Part shown: in pieces, positions 33,024-36,509 of the stretch | How positions within the stretch are numbered: the stretch's first letter is position 1 | How the letters are laid out: each line of letters starts with the position of its first letter | IMG/VR virus record: IMGVR_UViG_3300045988_066620 | Location: 1 to 36,509 of that record | Strand: one strand, 5' to 3' | Source: a virus | Length of the DNA stretch: 36,509 bases | Position numbers and translations under genes: made by a program | Notes under the pieces: model-generated | The model's database searches: none | Told to the model about the DNA's origin: nothing | The model's input: the letters and a program-made list of their open reading frames with translations, nothing else

Positions 33024-33359
33024 TCAACCGCCTTTCTGCACTCTGTCGGTCATTTCCGTTGATATCAGTTCCGACAGGTCAATGCCGTATGTCTCTTTCA
33101 GATAACTGGCGTTGTTATCGTTATCGAATTCAGCCGCGTCCATGATTTCAAACGTGCTATTCACTGCGTCAATGAATGCACGCAGGCGTTTACCTTTCCA
33201 GCCGTACCACTTGTCTAGCGTCCACAAAACAGTCGCCATTATCTGTTCAGTGATATCCTGCATTATCTCGCCCTGCAGTTCAATATATCTTTTCTGCATT
33301 TCCTTTGCGACCTCTTTTTTGATGTCGCTTTGTCTGACGATGTTCGTTCGTGCTTTCAT
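33024..33359 (-). CDS. Hypothetical protein (111 aa)
   Basis: ORF in the operon with a 4-nt overlap to the upstream gene. Confidence 0.7.
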   Translation of the reverse strand: MKARTNIVRQSDIKKEVAKEMQKRYIELQGEIMQDITEQIMATVLWTLDKWYGWKGKRLRAFIDAVNSTFEIMDAAEFDNDNNASYLKETYGIDLSELISTEMTDRVQKGG

Positions 33360-33757
33360 GGCATTTCACCAGCTTTCAGAAATTCAGGGGTGTCGAAAAC
33401 ATTTCCGACAATTTCGCACATATAAAAATCGCTAGGGTATATGTTTGATGTGTCGCTTTCTCCGAAAAATCCAGCCTCAGGGTCAAATTTAATCTCAAAA
33501 ACTTTTTTGTCAATATGTTTTGAAATATTTCTGTCGCACAGGCAGAGATCCCCTTCAAAAATTTTATTGCCGTTCATGTCTGTCAGACCTGTGTACTGAC
33601 CGACAGTTTCAGGGTCAATTTCGGCTGTATATAACGCACTTGCATAATCGGGAATGATATAGTCTTTTTCTTTTCCTACCCAACCATAGCGGCAGGGATA
33701 GCCCTGAACCCATTCGCCATTATCTACACGTTTTCCTCTAAAAAGTATTTCACGCAT
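33356..33757 (-). CDS. YopX-family protein (133 aa from MREILFRGK...)
   Basis: MREILFRGKRVDNGEWVQGY...QYTGLTDMNGNKIFEGD...GNVFD is the typical YopX pattern. AAGGAGAG RBS. Confidence 0.75.
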   Translation of the reverse strand: MREILFRGKRVDNGEWVQGYPCRYGWVGKEKDYIIPDYASALYTAEIDPETVGQYTGLTDMNGNKIFEGDLCLCDRNISKHIDKKVFEIKFDPEAGFFGESDTSNIYPSDFYMCEIVGNVFDTPEFLKAGEMP

Positions 33758-33783
33758 TGTCGTCTCTCCTTGTTGCCAAACTT

Positions 33784-34350
33784 TTAGTGCCATTTTTGCA
33801 CCTGCGCAGGCACTGCCACAAACGACCACTCGTAAACTTCAAGCGGCTCGTCAAGAATGTGATAACACAGCCTACCGCCGTATTCACACCCCTTTTCATG
33901 GTCACAGCCGCCCTTGTGCATATCCTCTCCGCATACAGAGCAAAGCTTCTCTCCCATGGTGCAGGTAATGGATACTTCTTTCTTTATTCCACTCTGAATC
34001 TCGCTTATAAGATCGCCGTTAGAAGCAGTTCGCACCATGTAAGCCTTTGCCATAAGTCTGCGGTAGACCTCGCCGTCTGTCGTAGTTTTCTCAGGCAGAG
34101 TTTCCACCCAAGTGTCGAATATTCTAGCAGTCTGCTTTGAGCTTTTAGGGTCATGGTCGAAAATACCCGTTCTGCCCTTAAAAAGCTTCGCAAGCTTCCT
34201 CAAAGCGCCTGATGAAAACTTTTCACCGTCTCTGTCAATGTTATTGTCACAAAGCGCCACCCTGAAAACAAATACCTTGTCCTCCGTGAGCGGCTTTCTT
34301 GCATAGTCGTTTATCTTTTCAAGCTCCTCGCCTGATACTGTTTCGCTCAT
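33784..34350 (-). CDS. Prohead-protease-like (Peptidase_S78 / XkdF-like fold) protein with an inserted Cys/His zinc-ribbon (188 aa)
   Basis: IDRDGEKFSSGALRKL, GIFDHD, KKEVSITC and the C-terminal YEWSFVAVPAQ follow the order of S78 motifs. Insert: CSVCGEDMHKGGCDHEKGC...C. AGGAGG RBS at the ATG at 34350. Confidence 0.5.
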   Translation of the reverse strand: MSETVSGEELEKINDYARKPLTEDKVFVFRVALCDNNIDRDGEKFSSGALRKLAKLFKGRTGIFDHDPKSSKQTARIFDTWVETLPEKTTTDGEVYRRLMAKAYMVRTASNGDLISEIQSGIKKEVSITCTMGEKLCSVCGEDMHKGGCDHEKGCEYGGRLCYHILDEPLEVYEWSFVAVPAQVQKWH

Positions 34351-34363
34351 TGCATTTCCTCCT

Positions 34364-34624
34364 TTATAGTTCTTTCTGTTCTTTCTCTTTCTCGTCAATA
34401 TACTGTCCAATAACTTCTAATATTCGACTTTGTAACGCATAAGAAATTTCAATCTCGCAAACGTCTGGAACGCAAGTCTGCCTTCTTTTAAATTTCAACT
34501 TTGGCTTTGTAAAAATCAAAGTTGGACAAGAACTGGAACGAGTGCAAAATCCTTTTACAAATGTTTGTATAGGTCTTATTTCTTCCTCAATCTCTTTATA
34601 TTTTTTGTATTGCTTATCCGTCAT
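34364..34624 (-). CDS. Hypothetical protein (86 aa; the start could instead be at 34687)
   Basis: ORF track 34364..34687. The internal ATG minimises overlap with the upstream gene. No strong RBS for either start. Confidence 0.5.
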   Translation of the reverse strand: MTDKQYKKYKEIEEEIRPIQTFVKGFCTRSSSCPTLIFTKPKLKFKRRQTCVPDVCEIEISYALQSRILEVIGQYIDEKEKEQKEL

Positions 34625-35030
34625 TGCTGTCACCACGCATTCTTGCTCCGCAGTTAGGGCAGTATGGCGTTGCATCGCATTCATCATGCCCGTACCAACC
34701 GCAGACCGAACACACAGGCACTCTTACTGTAATACGTTTCTTCATAATCATGATTTTCTTGTTGACATTTGTATTGTCTACGACAGTACAATCATGACCA
34801 TTAGTGTACTCTTCTTTTATGCCAAGTTTGTTAGTCGGTACAAGTTTTGTGTGTTCGTGAAATATCCAATATCCACGCTTGACCTCCTGCACGTCTGCGG
34901 TAGGTTCATCATCAACCAGTTTGCACAGGTTATAATAAAGTTCTTCTATGGTCATATCCCAATCAAATATGCTGTCTGTTTCCGAATCAATAGAACACTT
35001 TAACTTTTCTGCGTCAATATATCTTGACAT
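34614..35030 (-). CDS. Hypothetical protein with a C-terminal zinc ribbon (138 aa)
   Basis: GGAGG RBS. CSVCGW...CPNCG. Confidence 0.7.
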   Translation of the reverse strand: MSRYIDAEKLKCSIDSETDSIFDWDMTIEELYYNLCKLVDDEPTADVQEVKRGYWIFHEHTKLVPTNKLGIKEEYTNGHDCTVVDNTNVNKKIMIMKKRITVRVPVCSVCGWYGHDECDATPYCPNCGARMRGDSNDG

Positions 35031-35045
35031 TGTTATACCTCCTCA

Positions 35046-35732
35046 TTATTCAAGCCAGATTTTGCTATATTCATCGAAACTTCCGACAAGCTTATCAAAT
35101 GCTTTCACTTCGGCGCTGTATTCATACCAGTCTTTTGCGTCCGCTTTGTCATATGCCGTTTCAATGTCCTTTATGATCTGCAAATATGAGGTATTTTGGT
35201 CTTTCAAGATATCAAAAGCAGCTTTCAAATAGTCATATTTGTATTGGACGTTGAGGTAAGACACTGCAAGCCCAAAGCATTGTCCACAAACGGACAGCAG
35301 CTCGTCCTTCGTAAGACGTTTAAGTCTCTTTGCGCTCTCACTTGATGCACATTTCGTGTCATATGACGAAAGTGCAAAGTAATCTTCTTCAAAGCTATCA
35401 TATCCATAGCACTTGAACGGACTATTTCCGTTTAGCATTATTCCGACAAAAAAATCGTCAAAATGTTCTGACACGTAGGTATCATTGACAATGTCCCTCA
35501 AACTATCACACTCATACGAAAGGTCTGAGAACATCATTTTAAATTCCTGCTCCTGTTCGTCATCTCCGTCAAGTGCGTTGAGAAGCGTATCATCATCGCC
35601 GCTGAAGTAATACTGATATTCCTCGCAAACGGAACTGATGTCGTATAGCTGAGATGTTATTTCCTCAAAATTGAGCTGCGATACAATTGCTTTCTTATAG
35701 CGCAGGTTTTTGGCTTTTTCAGCTTTTGTCAC
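35046..35732 (-). CDS. Hypothetical, strongly acidic protein (228 aa)
   Basis: GTG start after AGGAGGGAG. D/E-rich, for example GDDDTLLNALDGDDEQEQEF. Confidence 0.7.
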   Translation of the reverse strand: MTKAEKAKNLRYKKAIVSQLNFEEITSQLYDISSVCEEYQYYFSGDDDTLLNALDGDDEQEQEFKMMFSDLSYECDSLRDIVNDTYVSEHFDDFFVGIMLNGNSPFKCYGYDSFEEDYFALSSYDTKCASSESAKRLKRLTKDELLSVCGQCFGLAVSYLNVQYKYDYLKAAFDILKDQNTSYLQIIKDIETAYDKADAKDWYEYSAEVKAFDKLVGSFDEYSKIWLE

Positions 35733-35743
35733 TTTTCTCCCTC

Positions 35744-35893
35744 CTAAAAAGTTACAGTCACATTCAACACAGCCGCCGCTAACCAGTAGACAGCTTTCTT
35801 GTAGTCTTTCTGCACGGCGTATATAACCGCCGCTCCCACGTCCAGCAAAATCAGCAGAAGTGGGAAAATGTATTCGGGTTTGATTTTAACCAT
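35744..35893 (-). CDS. Small membrane protein (49 aa, MVKIKPEYIFPLLLILLDVGAAVIYAV...)
   Basis: Hand-translated. GAGGAGG RBS inside the end of the methyltransferase gene. Two hydrophobic segments. Confidence 0.55.
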   Translation of the reverse strand: MVKIKPEYIFPLLLILLDVGAAVIYAVQKDYKKAVYWLAAAVLNVTVTF

Positions 35894-35894
35894 G

Positions 35895-36509
35895 TTAATC
35901 CTCCTCGGTTCCCCATTGTTCAGCCATTGCTTGTGCTATGCCTGAAAATGTTTTGGATTTTGTCTTGCTGTCACGAAACGGCATTCCGCAGTTTGTGCGT
36001 GCAGTGCCGTCCGCCTTTTTGCTACCGCCTGACACCCATGAACATATGGGTTTAACAACATTTGTCGGTACCAATTTAGGCAGATTTTTCAGCCACAAAC
36101 ACGTTTTTTTGCTGTATGGGTGTCCATATTCATATGGCTGTATAATCTGCGTATATTTCGGCAACCGATATACTCCAGACGGGATTGGATTTTCAACAGC
36201 TATTTTTTCAACAGGTGCATGAATAAATTTCAGGAAAAATTCTTTTGCGTCTTGTCCCTTTTCAAATCTTTCAAGATCAATGTAGCTTTTTTCATTAATT
36301 TTTTTGTACAGACGTGCTGCCCCTGCGTTGCTAAGATATGTACACGGCGGATGGGCTATCAGCAAATCCCATTTGCCTGCCGTATGTGTCTGCCCGTCAC
36401 AAGTGGTGAAATCTGTATTGCCGTTGATAACAGCCAGAGCGTCGCCTAAGATATGCCATTCAGGGTGACCGCCTGAACACATCTGAATGTCGCAGCTATA
36501 TGCTTCGTG
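35895..36509 (-). CDS. DNA (cytosine-5) methyltransferase-like protein, 3' portion; the full gene is ~225 aa once joined to 56..118 across the junction
   Basis: Motif IV-like HPPCTYLSNAG and motif VI-like VENP. The reading frame stays open to the window end and continues in frame at the window start. Confidence 0.7.
   Translation of the reverse strand, partial: HEAYSCDIQMCSGGHPEWHILGDALAVINGNTDFTTCDGQTHTAGKWDLLIAHPPCTYLSNAGAARLYKKINEKSYIDLERFEKGQDAKEFFLKFIHAPVEKIAVENPIPSGVYRLPKYTQIIQPYEYGHPYSKKTCLWLKNLPKLVPTNVVKPICSWVSGGSKKADGTARTNCGMPFRDSKTKSKTFSGIAQAMAEQWGTEED
36455..36509. repeat. Terminal direct repeat, copy 2 (identical to 1..55)
   Basis: Exact 55-nt match to the window start. Confidence 0.9.

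Larger units (their letters stand above)
1..36509. mobile_element. Complete temperate siphovirus (prophage-type) genome, circularly permuted in this window; unit length ~36,454 bp
   Basis: Full set of lysogeny, replication, packaging, HK97-type head, non-contractile tail (TMP/Dit/Tal, no sheath) and lysis modules. The window ends repeat the same 55 bp, and one gene reads in frame through that junction. Confidence 0.9.

Overview
The window is a complete, circularly closed temperate siphovirus genome. The unit length is about 36,454 bp, and bases 1..55 are identical to 36455..36509, which looks like an assembly overlap. The gene content suggests a Gram-positive, Firmicutes/Clostridia-like host: XkdX, a CHAP endolysin, a TcdE-type holin and no spanins.

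Nearly all genes are on the minus strand. From the immunity switch at ~8350-8560, early genes run leftward. They comprise two Cro-like HTH genes, small membrane proteins, an ORF-free motif array, an unknown 201-aa protein, Cys-rich small proteins, a Sak4-like ATPase, a DUF669 SSB-like protein, an ERCC4 nuclease, a replisome organizer with embedded iterons and a primase-helicase. Transcription then crosses the circular junction into a C5 cytosine methyltransferase split by the window ends, more small early genes (an S78-like protease paralog, YopX) and a sigma-region-4-like late activator. The late operon follows: HNH, terS, terL, an orphan N6A methyltransferase, portal, ClpP protease, HK97 capsid, head-tail connectors, major tail, G/GT chaperones with a -1 frameshift, tape measure, Dit, Tal, an SGNH-esterase fibre, XkdX, holin and endolysin.

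The plus strand carries the lysogeny module: a CI-like repressor, a DUF4236 membrane protein, a tyrosine integrase, and an attP built on a tRNA 3' fragment. Beyond attP lies a three-gene accessory operon of unknown function.

The most unusual items are:
- a ~400-bp ORF-free array of same-strand GCCNTTGC/TTGC motifs next to a protein with RAMP-like hallmarks;
- the att-proximal accessory operon (HTH fusion plus a 324-aa unknown);
- an in-frame compound (ERA/ER)n tandem repeat inside the N6A methyltransferase;
- a structured, terminator-containing leader in front of the packaging genes;
- a second, Zn-ribbon-bearing prohead-protease-like gene in the early region.

All family assignments come from reading motifs by eye. 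No searches were run.
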